The notes beneath the pieces were generated by a model, which had not been told where the DNA came from, searched no databases, and saw only the letters and a program-made list of their open reading frames with translations. Position numbers and translations under genes: made by a program. Positions 18,996 to 29,619 of a DNA stretch of 64,000 nucleotides are shown piece after piece; positions within the stretch are counted from its first letter, which is position 1, and each line of letters opens with the position of its first letter. Origin of the DNA: Leptospira sp. (GTDB taxonomy: Bacteria; Spirochaetota; Leptospiria; Leptospirales; Leptospiraceae); assembly GCA_034439575.1 (NCBI GenBank), contig JAWXAQ010000022.1, positions 32,001 through 96,000 on the forward strand. Direction: 5' to 3'.

Positions 18996-21869
18996 TTGAA
19001 ACTTAAAAAATCACATTCTGGTATACTATTTGTACTCGGGTTAATTTTATTATCCGCGGTACAATGGTTTTCTTTGCATTCAAACAAATCTATTTATTTA
19101 GATAAAAAGATTACAAAGATAGAGTTTTCAGGAAATATCAATACATCTGGATCAGACATCCTAGATATAATGGATATGAAACCAACTATGGTTTTATCTC
19201 AGGATTTACTAGATTCAGATATGCGTGCTCTTTTTCAATCTGGGTATTTTTTCCAAATTGACATCCAAGGTGAGTTAGACGGTGAAGGCGTTAAAATCCT
19301 TGTTAAAGTAAAGGAAAGGCCTCGAGTAAAAGATATTGAATTTATTGGTGCAGATGAGGTTTTTCCTTCTGATTTAAGAGAAAAAATACCTCTAAAAGAA
19401 AATGAAGTCATAACACCCAAAAAAGTTCAATTATCCAAAGAAGTAATTCTCAAAAAATACCGTGATGAAGGATTTTTTCTCGCATATGTTAGGTTTGAGT
19501 TAGACCCTGTTGATACAGAAACCAATACCGTTAAAGTAAAATTTATTATTGATGAAGGGGAAGAAATCCCTGTTTCAAAGATCAATATTTTTGGTAATAA
19601 TGAAATCGATACATTTGAACTGCAAGGAATTCTCGATCTAAAAGAAAGTGGAATTATTGAATCTGGTGTTTTTAAAGAATCAGCATTTGAGACCGACAAA
19701 CAAAAAATAGTCGGTTTTATGAAATCGAAAGGTTATGTAGATGCAGAAATCAGCAATGATGGTACTAATTGGGAAATTAAATGGGAAAATCCCAAAAAGA
19801 AAGATAAACGAGTCGTCATAGTAAATTTCAAAGTCGTTGAAGGGGAGCAGTATTTTTACAACGGTTATACAACTGCACATGATATGACTTTGGCTCCCAA
19901 TAATATGCCTCTTTATTTAAACAAAGAAAGCAACCCAATAGGAACACCGGCTGAAGAATGGAAACCCGTTTATGATTTAAAATATCTAAAGAATTTATTT
20001 GAATTTTCGGATGAAGATATTGGTGAAGTTTTTGATGAATCTCGATTTCAAAAAGACAGAGGTTCGATAAACGAGGCTTATTCGGCAAAAGGATATTTGT
20101 TTGCCCAAGTGATTCCAAGGCGAAAAATTATTGAACTGAGCGAAGAGTCTTTGTCTCGCTATGAAAATTGTTCCAAACGAGCAAGCGCTGATGGAATAAG
20201 GGAATGCGAAGAAGAATTCGCTTTATTGAATATAGCAAAGTTAAGAAAAATTTATGATAAAAACAAAAAATACCATGGTAAAAAATTCATTCATGTGGAT
20301 TTCACCATTAGAGAAAACAACTTAGCTTTCGTTGAAAATATTATCATCAAAGGAAATAAAAAAACTTTAGATCGTGTTGTTAGGCGTGAATTATTGTTTA
20401 AACCTGGGGATCTTTTTAACTCCACTTTGGTGAATAGATCTAGAGAGCGTATCTTTAATTTAGGTTACTTTAAAGAAGTAAACTTTAATATGCGGCCGGG
20501 TTCTGACGAAACAAAAATGAATCTAATCATTGAACTCGTTGAACAACCTACGGGAACAGTTTCCATGGGTGGTGGTTATGGAACCATTACAGGTTTCTCA
20601 ATTTTTACTCAGTTAGGTGAAAATAATTTAAACGGAACAGGCCAACAAATCAACGGTAGAATTGAATTTGGACCTATAAGAAGGTATTTACAAATTTCTT
20701 GGACCGAGCCTTGGTTATACGATAAACCTTGGTCATTAACTTTATCTGCCTTTTATTCTTCCAGAACTCTATTTGTGGGTGCCACATCCATTACCGAAAA
20801 CAATAATCAAGGGATTAAGGAAGCCGCATCCTATGAAAGAGCAGGTGTCGGGGTTAGTGGGGGGGTTGGTCACAGATTTTTGATCAACTGGACTCACTTC
20901 CATAGATACTCTCCCAGTTTTTTTGCATCAACTAGACCATCTTCCCTTGTATCCGATCAGGTTTTGGCAGAGGTAAATCGAGGTTGGCAATTTCGATCGC
21001 AAGTTACAAATGGAATTGCTTACGATAACAGAGATAATGTTTTTAATTCCACACAAGGTTTCAATTTAGTTTTTTCTGTAGATAATGTGGGGCAATTTTT
21101 AGCTGGAGAAAGTCATTTCGATCAGTTTAGCCCGATTATGGAATACTATCAAACTTGGTTTGATTATACGTTTTTTGGACTCATTCGCAAAAATGCACTT
21201 AGGCGATGGCGAGTTGTCCAACAATTTAGAACCTCATCTGTCTTTACTTATGAACGGACGCCCAAATATGGAAGACAAGATAAGGAAAAAATTCCCTATA
21301 TTCAAGTGCAAGATAGATTGTTTTTGGGTGGTTATGAATCACTACGTGGTTGGTTTTTTGATGATAAATACTATCCAGATGAATGGAAAAATGGTGCAGC
21401 ATCAAGGATTCTATTTACTTCTGAGCTAAGATTTCCAATAGAGCCTTCACTCTTATGGTTTGTGGTTTTCTTCGATGCAGGTGCCATGTATGAAGAAGTG
21501 AACCGAGCCATAGGGGAAAGAAAAGAAACATTCAAAAATTATGATACCCTTGTACAAAATCAGCGTTATACGGACCCGAATGCATCATATATATTTGATA
21601 ATTTTAATAACAATGGTAAAAAGATTCCCATCTCTCCCTATGAGTTGAATGATCCTGATCGATTGGTTTTATCTGGAAAAAATATTTCATTACAAAATTT
21701 CAAATATTCCTGGGGTTTTGGACTCCGAATTCAGATTCCAGTGCTTCCCCTTCGGATTTATTTTGCTCAAAAGATTTTATATACAGGTTCTGGCGAACAT
21801 CCTTTCACCACCTATCCTGACACAAATGCATTCCAATTTGTATTCGGTATTGGAGATCTAAGATTTTAA
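18996..21869 (+). CDS. bamA: Outer membrane protein assembly factor BamA
   Basis: POTRA repeats, ENNLNGTGQ, LGGYESLRGW, FFDAG, C-terminal FQFVFGIGDLRF. Confidence 0.93.
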   Translation: MKLKKSHSGILFVLGLILLSAVQWFSLHSNKSIYLDKKITKIEFSGNINTSGSDILDIMDMKPTMVLSQDLLDSDMRALFQSGYFFQIDIQGELDGEGVKILVKVKERPRVKDIEFIGADEVFPSDLREKIPLKENEVITPKKVQLSKEVILKKYRDEGFFLAYVRFELDPVDTETNTVKVKFIIDEGEEIPVSKINIFGNNEIDTFELQGILDLKESGIIESGVFKESAFETDKQKIVGFMKSKGYVDAEISNDGTNWEIKWENPKKKDKRVVIVNFKVVEGEQYFYNGYTTAHDMTLAPNNMPLYLNKESNPIGTPAEEWKPVYDLKYLKNLFEFSDEDIGEVFDESRFQKDRGSINEAYSAKGYLFAQVIPRRKIIELSEESLSRYENCSKRASADGIRECEEEFALLNIAKLRKIYDKNKKYHGKKFIHVDFTIRENNLAFVENIIIKGNKKTLDRVVRRELLFKPGDLFNSTLVNRSRERIFNLGYFKEVNFNMRPGSDETKMNLIIELVEQPTGTVSMGGGYGTITGFSIFTQLGENNLNGTGQQINGRIEFGPIRRYLQISWTEPWLYDKPWSLTLSAFYSSRTLFVGATSITENNNQGIKEAASYERAGVGVSGGVGHRFLINWTHFHRYSPSFFASTRPSSLVSDQVLAEVNRGWQFRSQVTNGIAYDNRDNVFNSTQGFNLVFSVDNVGQFLAGESHFDQFSPIMEYYQTWFDYTFFGLIRKNALRRWRVVQQFRTSSVFTYERTPKYGRQDKEKIPYIQVQDRLFLGGYESLRGWFFDDKYYPDEWKNGAASRILFTSELRFPIEPSLLWFVVFFDAGAMYEEVNRAIGERKETFKNYDTLVQNQRYTDPNASYIFDNFNNNGKKIPISPYELNDPDRLVLSGKNISLQNFKYSWGFGLRIQIPVLPLRIYFAQKILYTGSGEHPFTTYPDTNAFQFVFGIGDLRF

Positions 21870-24055
21870 TGACCATAGAAGGTCTTAACCCTGAGCAAAG
21901 TTTAGCGGTCACAACAGTAGATGGTCCAGTTCTTATTCTAGCTGGCGCGGGTTCTGGAAAAACTAGAGTCATCACATATAGAATAGCAAATTTAATTAAT
22001 ACCCATAAAATATTTCCGAATCGTATACTCGCTGTTACATTTACAAATAAAGCAGCCCAAGAAATGCGAGAAAGGTGTAAGCACATATTAGGTGATATTA
22101 AGGAAGAACCATTTATTCGCACCTTCCACTCTTTATGTTTATATATCCTTCGTCGGGAAGGGAAACATTTAGGACTTGGTAATAATTTCACAGTTTATGA
22201 CAGTGATTTACAAGAATCCTTTATCAAAGAAATTTTAAAGAAAAAAGAATTGGATACTAAGGAATATCGGCCTAGCCAATTGGCGAATCTATTTTCCAAA
22301 TCTAAGGATTCTTTTCAGACTGCCGAAGAATTCGCCAATCAAAGCTCTGACGATACGTATGGAAAAACCATATCTCAAGTATTTTTAGAATATGAGAAAG
22401 AAAAGTTTCAGCGCAATGCAGTGGATTTTGGTGACTTGATATTACTATGTGTTATTTTGTTTCGTAATTTTCCGATGATTTTGGAGAGATACCAAAATTA
22501 TTGGCAGTATGTTATGGTTGATGAATACCAAGATACAAACAAAATTCAGTATCATTTGGTGAAACAATTGGCTTCAAAACATAAAAATATTTGTGTTGTT
22601 GGAGATGATGATCAGTCAATTTATTCATGGCGTGGCGCAGATATTTCGAATATTCTAAATTTCAATAAGGATTATCCCGAATCTTTAGTTGTTAAACTGG
22701 AAGAAAATTATAGATCTACACAAATCATAATTAATACCGCGGCAAAAATTATTTCAAATAACTCTAGAAGAACAGAAAAAACTCTATTTACAAATAATCC
22801 AGTCGGTGAAAAAATTCGCCTAACATCATATCAAAATGAAACAGAAGAGGCGAATGGAATATTGCAGAGAATATTAAAGCTCAAAAAACCAAATTCTAAA
22901 TTTTCTGAATATGCTATTTTTTATCGAACCAATAGTCAATCGCGGTATTTTGAGGAAGCTTTTCGAAAAAAAGGAATTCCTTATAAAATATTTGGTGGGT
23001 TTCGTTTTTTTGATCGTAAAGAAGTAAAAGATATAATCGCCTACCTTTCTGTGATTGTCAATCCTGTAGATTCGACTTCACTTTTGAGAATTATAAATTC
23101 TCCACCGCGTGGGATCGGGGATACGACGCTCGCACGCATTCAAGATTTTTCGATCAATAATGGAATCTCGCTATTGGAATGTTTGGCGAAGCCGATTCCC
23201 GAAGTAAAAAAAGGTACGGCAAAGAAATTATCTGACCTATCAAAATTTTTTGAAAACTTGATTTCAGAACACCAAAATCAAAAGTCACCATCCGAATTAA
23301 CTTATGAAGTATTGGAGAGGTCGGGATATAGGGAATATTTAGAAAACGAAGGCACAGAAGAAGCCTTTTCTAAATTAGGAAACTTAAATGAATTTGTAAA
23401 TGCACTGAAGGAATACGAAGAAACGACGGAAGATCCTTCCCTCGAAGAATATCTTGGAAATATTTCTCTTATCACAAGCGAAGAAGATAGCAAAAATCTA
23501 GCGGATTATGTGATTCTTATGACAGTTCATAATGCCAAAGGATTAGAATTCAAAAGTGTTTTTATGGCTGGTATGGAGGATGGAACCTTTCCTCATTTTT
23601 TGGCAAGAGACAAACTAGAAGAATTGGAAGAAGAACGCCGGTTATGTTATGTGGCCGTGACTCGTGCACGAGAACGATTAGAAATTTCTCTTTCAAGATA
23701 CACGCGAAAATTTGGTGAGGTCGAAGCACGAATTCCATCTAGATTTTTGGAAGAAATTCCATCAGAATGTTTGGTCGGGGATGTGATTGAAACGGCTTAC
23801 GGGATGAGAATGCCAGAAAGCGCACCAAAAGCCAGTGTTGCCAATGTAAAAATTCAGAATAAAGAGTCGATCCAAGGTAAAAATCCAAATGTAAGTTTCC
23901 AGGTAGGCAAAAGGGTGAAACACAAAGTTTATGGGGAAGGAAAGATTATTTCTATGAGTGGTACTGGGGATAATACGAAAGTTGAAGTACGATTCGGTGC
24001 TCATGTTGAGAAAAAATTTTTATTGGCATACACACCGCTTGAGTTAATATCTTAA
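21869..24055 (+). CDS. uvrD: ATP-dependent DNA helicase UvrD/PcrA
   Basis: AGAGSGKT, VDEYQDTN, VGDDDQSIYSWRGA, LEENYRS, TVHNAKGLEF, YVAVTRA. Confidence 0.95.
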   Translation: MTIEGLNPEQSLAVTTVDGPVLILAGAGSGKTRVITYRIANLINTHKIFPNRILAVTFTNKAAQEMRERCKHILGDIKEEPFIRTFHSLCLYILRREGKHLGLGNNFTVYDSDLQESFIKEILKKKELDTKEYRPSQLANLFSKSKDSFQTAEEFANQSSDDTYGKTISQVFLEYEKEKFQRNAVDFGDLILLCVILFRNFPMILERYQNYWQYVMVDEYQDTNKIQYHLVKQLASKHKNICVVGDDDQSIYSWRGADISNILNFNKDYPESLVVKLEENYRSTQIIINTAAKIISNNSRRTEKTLFTNNPVGEKIRLTSYQNETEEANGILQRILKLKKPNSKFSEYAIFYRTNSQSRYFEEAFRKKGIPYKIFGGFRFFDRKEVKDIIAYLSVIVNPVDSTSLLRIINSPPRGIGDTTLARIQDFSINNGISLLECLAKPIPEVKKGTAKKLSDLSKFFENLISEHQNQKSPSELTYEVLERSGYREYLENEGTEEAFSKLGNLNEFVNALKEYEETTEDPSLEEYLGNISLITSEEDSKNLADYVILMTVHNAKGLEFKSVFMAGMEDGTFPHFLARDKLEELEEERRLCYVAVTRARERLEISLSRYTRKFGEVEARIPSRFLEEIPSECLVGDVIETAYGMRMPESAPKASVANVKIQNKESIQGKNPNVSFQVGKRVKHKVYGEGKIISMSGTGDNTKVEVRFGAHVEKKFLLAYTPLELIS

Positions 24056-24070
24056 GTATCAAGAGGTTTT

Positions 24071-24499
24071 ATGAATAAATATATACTCATTTTTCTTTTA
24101 ATTGCCCTACAAAACACCTCTGCACAAACTAACTCCGGATTGGCGGAAGAGTTTTTGAAACTGGACAATTACTTAAAAAATGTAAAACAAAGTCCAGAAG
24201 AACGAAAAAAAATTCTAGAATCAAATATAATCAATTCAGTAAAAACCACACTCTCTCACAAATTCAATGATCCAAAAAAGGAATTGAAAGATCTAAAAAT
24301 ACAAGATATACAATCGGAAAGAAAAGAGGGAACAAACCAACTCTTTATAAAGTATAAAAACTTTTATATCGCTTATACTTTTTATTCTGATCCGGAAGTT
24401 TATCTCGCATCCCCCGTAGAAGAAAAAGTTTTAGAGAAACCTGCGAATGCCGATTTAAATGCGGCGCATGAAGAAAAACAATCAGTCATCGCTAAGTAG
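24071..24499 (+). CDS. Exported hypothetical protein
   Basis: RBS GAGG, signal peptide, 142 aa. Confidence 0.75.
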   Translation: MNKYILIFLLIALQNTSAQTNSGLAEEFLKLDNYLKNVKQSPEERKKILESNIINSVKTTLSHKFNDPKKELKDLKIQDIQSERKEGTNQLFIKYKNFYIAYTFYSDPEVYLASPVEEKVLEKPANADLNAAHEEKQSVIAK

Positions 24500-24508
24500 A
24501 ATTCAGGA

Positions 24509-25381
24509 ATGATAGATAGTGATTTCGAAAATGTTTGGCGTTGGGTATTAGAGATTGGCGATGAAATACTTTCCATTTATAATTCTGATTTTTTAGTTAC
24601 AGATAAAGGTGGCAACGATCCAGTCACGGAAGCTGATTTAAGAGCGAGTGAATTTTTATTCCAAAAAATAAATACACATTTTCCTGATCATGGTTTTTTA
24701 TCTGAAGAAAAAAAAGATAATGAATTGCGACTTTCAAAAGAATGGGTTTGGATTTTGGATCCTATTGATGGCACAAGAGAGTTTGTCAAAAAAAACAGTC
24801 AATTTGCACTGAGCCTTGGGCTTGTACGTTCAGGTGAACCGATTTGGGGAATCATATTTAATCCCTCCACGGGAGAATTTTTTTCAAAGAAAGAATTTGC
24901 ATTTAACACTAAGTTATCATCTCCATTCTTTACAGAGACTAATTTCCAAAAACTGAAAGACGCTTCGAAAATTCCATCTGAAATTTTGAAACAGGAATAT
25001 TCAATTCATCATAAACCAAATTTAACAGTCTCCGCAAATGAACTGAAAGAAGGGATGTTTGATGGAAACATTTGGAAAGATAATTTTTCGATTACAGCGA
25101 TTGGGAGTATTGCCTATAAACTTGGATTACTTTCTTCAGGGAATATCGACCTAATTGTTTCTTTGAAACCTAAAAGTGAATGGGATATTTGTGGTGGTAT
25201 CGCCTTGTTAGATGAGGAAAAATTTCGTTTTTTCCCACTAAAAGAAAGTTCAAAATATTCGTTTAACCAAACAAATACGCGTAGTTTCGGTCTTGTTGCT
25301 GGAAATAGAGAAGCTGTAGATTATTTAACAAATCTTATGCCACTTTCCAAACTGACATCGCAAGTAAAGGACCAGTGGTAA
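24509..25381 (+). CDS. CysQ/inositol monophosphatase family phosphatase
   Basis: PVTEAD, LSEE, WILDPIDGTREF, EWDIC. Confidence 0.9.
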   Translation: MIDSDFENVWRWVLEIGDEILSIYNSDFLVTDKGGNDPVTEADLRASEFLFQKINTHFPDHGFLSEEKKDNELRLSKEWVWILDPIDGTREFVKKNSQFALSLGLVRSGEPIWGIIFNPSTGEFFSKKEFAFNTKLSSPFFTETNFQKLKDASKIPSEILKQEYSIHHKPNLTVSANELKEGMFDGNIWKDNFSITAIGSIAYKLGLLSSGNIDLIVSLKPKSEWDICGGIALLDEEKFRFFPLKESSKYSFNQTNTRSFGLVAGNREAVDYLTNLMPLSKLTSQVKDQW

Positions 25382-26523
25382 ATCCTTATGCCATAGGTCT
25401 TGATGCAAGGCCTCTTTCCACACGTATGTCTGGTGTGGGACGACTGATTGGAGAAACACTAAAAGCATTTCCAAATTCTAATCAGTATCATTTTTTTTTG
25501 TTTTCCCATCTACCCATACATAGTGATCATAATGAAATTATAAAATTACCAAATGTAACAGTGGTTAATGGGGGTGGGGTTTTCCGATGGAAGGGTGGAT
25601 TATATTTCAATTTTTATTTGCCGATACGTCTTCGTTTTTTATCATTAGATCTTTTTTGGGGATCACAACAAGTGTTGCCTCCTTTATTGCCAAGTAAATT
25701 AAAGGCAGTCTTAACCTATTGCGATCTGGTTTTGTATTTGTATCCTGAAACAATGCGAAAATTAGCACGTATCCAACAAAGGCTTGTTCAAAGTTATTCG
25801 GTGCACAGAGCCTCATTTATACTTTCTATTTCTAAACAAACAAGTGAAGATATGTCCAATTTTTTTAAATTTGATAAATCAAAAACAGGAGTGTCTTATC
25901 CTGGAGTCAACCATAAAGAGATATTACGCTTACTCGAAAAACCAATTTCAAAACGATTTGCAGATTTGGGAGAAGGTTATCTCTTATCAGTTTCTACCAT
26001 TGAGCCTAGAAAAAATTATCCATTTTTGTTAGAAGTCTATAGAGCTTACAGACGAATGAACCCGAAAGATCATAAAGACTGGATCATCGTTGGAAAAATT
26101 GGATGGGAGACGAATGAATTTATAGAAGAAATTCGCACAGAACAATCATTATATGGTGATATACATATTCTTGATTCTATTGGTGATTCTGATTTACAAC
26201 ATCTCTATAAAAATGCTGGTTTGTTTTTATTTGCCTCCCATTATGAAGGATTTGGAATTCCAATGTTGGAAGCCTTATATCATGGAAAGTATTGTATGGT
26301 TTCAGATATCCCTACATTTCGAGAGATTGGTAAAGATGGAGTTACCTATTTACCCTTCCAAAAACCAGAAAATGCCAAGGAATGGGCGAATGAAATCTAT
26401 GCATTCTGTAAAAACCCAATCAAACCCAAAGTGGACATTTCTAATTTTACTTGGGAAAATACTGCCAAAATCACGGAAGAAGTTTTTTCTCAAATTCTTT
26501 TGGAATCGCCTAATCAAAAATAA
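25375..26523 (+). CDS. Glycosyltransferase family 4 (GT-B)
   Basis: LDARP...GVGR, STIEPRKN, SHYEGFGIPMLEAL, SDIPTFREI. Confidence 0.92.
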   Translation: MVNPYAIGLDARPLSTRMSGVGRLIGETLKAFPNSNQYHFFLFSHLPIHSDHNEIIKLPNVTVVNGGGVFRWKGGLYFNFYLPIRLRFLSLDLFWGSQQVLPPLLPSKLKAVLTYCDLVLYLYPETMRKLARIQQRLVQSYSVHRASFILSISKQTSEDMSNFFKFDKSKTGVSYPGVNHKEILRLLEKPISKRFADLGEGYLLSVSTIEPRKNYPFLLEVYRAYRRMNPKDHKDWIIVGKIGWETNEFIEEIRTEQSLYGDIHILDSIGDSDLQHLYKNAGLFLFASHYEGFGIPMLEALYHGKYCMVSDIPTFREIGKDGVTYLPFQKPENAKEWANEIYAFCKNPIKPKVDISNFTWENTAKITEEVFSQILLESPNQK

Positions 26524-26830
26524 ACATTAGTTCTTGCCAAAATTTAATTTTATTTATTATTCCTGAATATATAATTTTATTATTATTTAAAAGCGATGTT
26601 ATGTGCAAGTGAAACCGATTTTGTGTCATTGCTTGAATTTCGCATTGCCACTCTCCTCCAATGTCAAACAAAGTTAGTTTATCCGCATATACTTCTGAAG
26701 GATCTTTCCATATAATTGAAATGTTCTTTGAATTTCTTTTCAATTTAACTTTAGAAACTTTTTTTGATTCGTTCCATATAGCTCTTGTTAATAAGTTGTC
26801 TTCATATGGTTCTTTTTCTTGTATGATCAT
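26510..26830 (-). CDS. Hypothetical protein
   Basis: 106-aa ORF filling the gap between two + strand genes. The frame stays open upstream, so the start is uncertain. Confidence 0.5.
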   Translation of the reverse strand: MIIQEKEPYEDNLLTRAIWNESKKVSKVKLKRNSKNISIIWKDPSEVYADKLTLFDIGGEWQCEIQAMTQNRFHLHITSLLNNNKIIYSGIINKIKFWQELMFIFD

Positions 26831-26931
26831 GGAAATTCCATTGCCTTTCCATTTACCTATCGCATATTTTTTCCATTCATCAAGAGAAGAGAAATAGTTG
26901 TATTGATTCAGTGGTAAACCATCCTTTTCCT

Positions 26932-27441
26932 ATGAAATTATTATCAAAATCTCTTATCCTTTTTATTTTTTCTTTAAGCCTTAATTTTTGCGACCTTAAT
27001 TCGAATGATCCAAAAGTATCTCTTAGCTCTATCTCACTCAAGTCAATGGATGCGAATAATTCAGTAAGATTGACTGAGTTTAAAGGGAAAGTTGTGATTG
27101 TTGATTTTTGGGCTACTTGGTGTGAACCTTGTAGCAAAGCTGTTCCTGTTTTAAACGCATGGAAGAAACAAACCAATTCGAAAGAAATCGTTTTTATCGG
27201 AATCAACACCGACCAAGGTGAAGAATTAGCTAAAATACAAAATCACGCTAAAGACCTTAAAATGGAATATGAGAGTCTACTGGATCCCGAGTGGTATCTT
27301 TCAGAACTTTACGGGATCGAAGGAATTCCTTGCTTACTTGTCTTTGATAAAGAAGGTAAAATCATATTTCGACAGTATGGTTTAAATGCAAGTGACCTCC
27401 CGGGGCTAATCATTCGTTCCAATGTATGGATCCAACACTGA
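26932..27441 (+). CDS. TlpA/ResA-like thiol-disulfide oxidoreductase lipoprotein
   Basis: Lipobox LNF-C; VDFWATWCEPC; YGIEGIP. Confidence 0.92.
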   Translation: MKLLSKSLILFIFSLSLNFCDLNSNDPKVSLSSISLKSMDANNSVRLTEFKGKVVIVDFWATWCEPCSKAVPVLNAWKKQTNSKEIVFIGINTDQGEELAKIQNHAKDLKMEYESLLDPEWYLSELYGIEGIPCLLVFDKEGKIIFRQYGLNASDLPGLIIRSNVWIQH

Positions 27442-27580
27442 TTGTGCAATGCAAAAATAAACATTTGTTAGTCAAGTATTTGATTTCAATGTTATGATGG
27501 AAAATGTCTTGACTAGACTATGGCAGAACAGTCTCCTAAACTTACCTTTTTAATGTTACTGATCCAGAAAGGAGTCAAGA

Positions 27581-29518
27581 ATGCCATCGAATTTGCCCGA
27601 ACTCTTCCAGCAGAGTGCTGAAAAATTTGGGAATCGCCAAGCCTTTGTAAGCAAAGACGAGTCCAAAACATATAAACCTATAACTTTTAAAGAGCTTTAT
27701 GATCTAGGCTTAGATCTAGCTGAGGCTCTAGTTGATCTAGGTGTACAAGCTAGGGAAAACGTCGCCTTACTTGCAGATAATCGCCTAGAGTGGATCGTTG
27801 CTGATTACGGTATCCTTATGGCGGGCGCCGCCGATGTTCCTCGCGGAACAGATATTACAGATTCAGAAATAGTTTATATACTCAATCATTGCGAAGCGAA
27901 AGTCATTTTTATCGAAAATGATAAAATGTTAGAGAAATATCAAAAAAATAGATCTCAATTTGAACATGCAAAAACAGTCATAGTTATGGACAAAAAGTCC
28001 ACAGCGACGGGTGTATTAAAACTTTATGATTTACTGGCAAAAGGAAAAGAACTCCGAGCCAAAGGTAGTCGCAAAACAGAAGAAAGAATCAAAGGGATAA
28101 AACCTGATGATTTATTTACTATCATTTATACTTCAGGAACTACAGGAATGCCGAAAGGTGTTATGTTAATGCATTCCAATATGCTTCACCAAACAAGAGT
28201 CATTCTTTCGAACATGATCGACATTCGATCGGAAGAAAGAATGTTGTCCATACTTCCTGTTTGGCACGTTTTCGAAAGAGTATTTGAATACTTAGCGATT
28301 GCGGCGGGCTGTGCTACTTATTACACAAATGTCCGTGATTTGCGTGATGATATGAAAAAAGCGAAGCCTACGTTTATGGCATCGGCTCCAAGGTTATGGG
28401 AAAGTATCTATAACGGTATTTATACGAGAATTAGTGATCCTAAACAAACACCTGCTTTGCGCAGGGGAATGTTTAAGTTAGCATATTTTTTCTCAAAACA
28501 TTACCATCGCGCTCTTCGATTTGTTAAGGGCAATGAAGTTGATTACACTGGAAGAAATCCCATCGTATCACTCATTCTTGGCACTTGGTATGTGATCACA
28601 TTGATCCCACTTGCCCCATTAAATGCGCTTTTTGATATGATCGTATTGTCAAAAATACGTGAAGCTACAGGCGGTGCATTAAAGGCATCCGTATCTGGTG
28701 GTGGAGCATTACAAAAACATGTGGATGCATTCTTTAACGACATTGGTATTAATGTTTTGGAAGGTTATGGAATGACAGAAACTTCACCTGTGATTTCAGT
28801 TCGAACTTTTAAAAATTTAGTCCAAGGTTCTGTTGGATCTATCACTCCTGAAACGGAAATGCAGATTCGAGATGACCACAATAAAGTCCTGACCCATATG
28901 GATTCCAATCAAAAATTGATCGCTGGAAAATTAGGCCAACGTGGTGTCATCCATGTTCGTGGGCCACAAGTGATGAAAGGATATTACAAAAATCCTGAGA
29001 CGACAGCCAAAGTATTAAAAGACAATTGGATGGATACTGGTGATATTGGAATGTTCAATTTCAAAAAAACCCTTACGATCACAGGTCGTGCGAAAGATAC
29101 AGTGGTTCTTTTGGGTGGTGAAAACGTAGAACCGGTTCCTATCGAAAACAAATTGAGCGAATCTCCATATATCTTTCAAGTCATGGTTGTCGGCCAAGAC
29201 CAAAAAAATCTTGGAGCCATCATTGTTCCTGATTTTGAACAATTAGGTGCTTGGGCGAAAGAAAATGGAATCACCGAAAAAGAACCGGCCAAATTGATTG
29301 AAGATCCTAAGGTAATAGATTTCTACAAAAAAGAGATCAAGGCACTGAACAATACAAAGACAGGTTTTAAATCATTTGAGCAAGTGACACCGTTTTTTCT
29401 CATCACTAAACAATTTGAAGTTGGCGATGAGTTAACAAATCTCCATAAAATGAAAAGACATTTGATAACAGAGAAGTATAAGGCAAAAATAACTTCGCTT
29501 TATGCTGGTGATCTTTAA
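27581..29518 (+). CDS. Long-chain fatty acid--CoA ligase
   Basis: [44 protein letters not shown]. Confidence 0.95.
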   Translation: MPSNLPELFQQSAEKFGNRQAFVSKDESKTYKPITFKELYDLGLDLAEALVDLGVQARENVALLADNRLEWIVADYGILMAGAADVPRGTDITDSEIVYILNHCEAKVIFIENDKMLEKYQKNRSQFEHAKTVIVMDKKSTATGVLKLYDLLAKGKELRAKGSRKTEERIKGIKPDDLFTIIYTSGTTGMPKGVMLMHSNMLHQTRVILSNMIDIRSEERMLSILPVWHVFERVFEYLAIAAGCATYYTNVRDLRDDMKKAKPTFMASAPRLWESIYNGIYTRISDPKQTPALRRGMFKLAYFFSKHYHRALRFVKGNEVDYTGRNPIVSLILGTWYVITLIPLAPLNALFDMIVLSKIREATGGALKASVSGGGALQKHVDAFFNDIGINVLEGYGMTETSPVISVRTFKNLVQGSVGSITPETEMQIRDDHNKVLTHMDSNQKLIAGKLGQRGVIHVRGPQVMKGYYKNPETTAKVLKDNWMDTGDIGMFNFKKTLTITGRAKDTVVLLGGENVEPVPIENKLSESPYIFQVMVVGQDQKNLGAIIVPDFEQLGAWAKENGITEKEPAKLIEDPKVIDFYKKEIKALNNTKTGFKSFEQVTPFFLITKQFEVGDELTNLHKMKRHLITEKYKAKITSLYAGDL

Positions 29519-29553
29519 AAATATTTTTTAAAATCTCACACAAAAATGTATAG

Positions 29554-29583
29554 AAAAACCGCCTGAAGGGGCGGTTTTTTTTT
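29554..29583. terminator. Rho-independent terminator after the acyl-CoA ligase (possibly bidirectional)
   Basis: AAAAACCGCCT-GAAG-GGGCGGTTTTTTTTT: GC-rich stem flanked by A and T tracts. Confidence 0.9.
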
Positions 29584-29619
29584 ACCCGCAAGAATTATGA
29601 TCATGCCGATATTTTTAAG

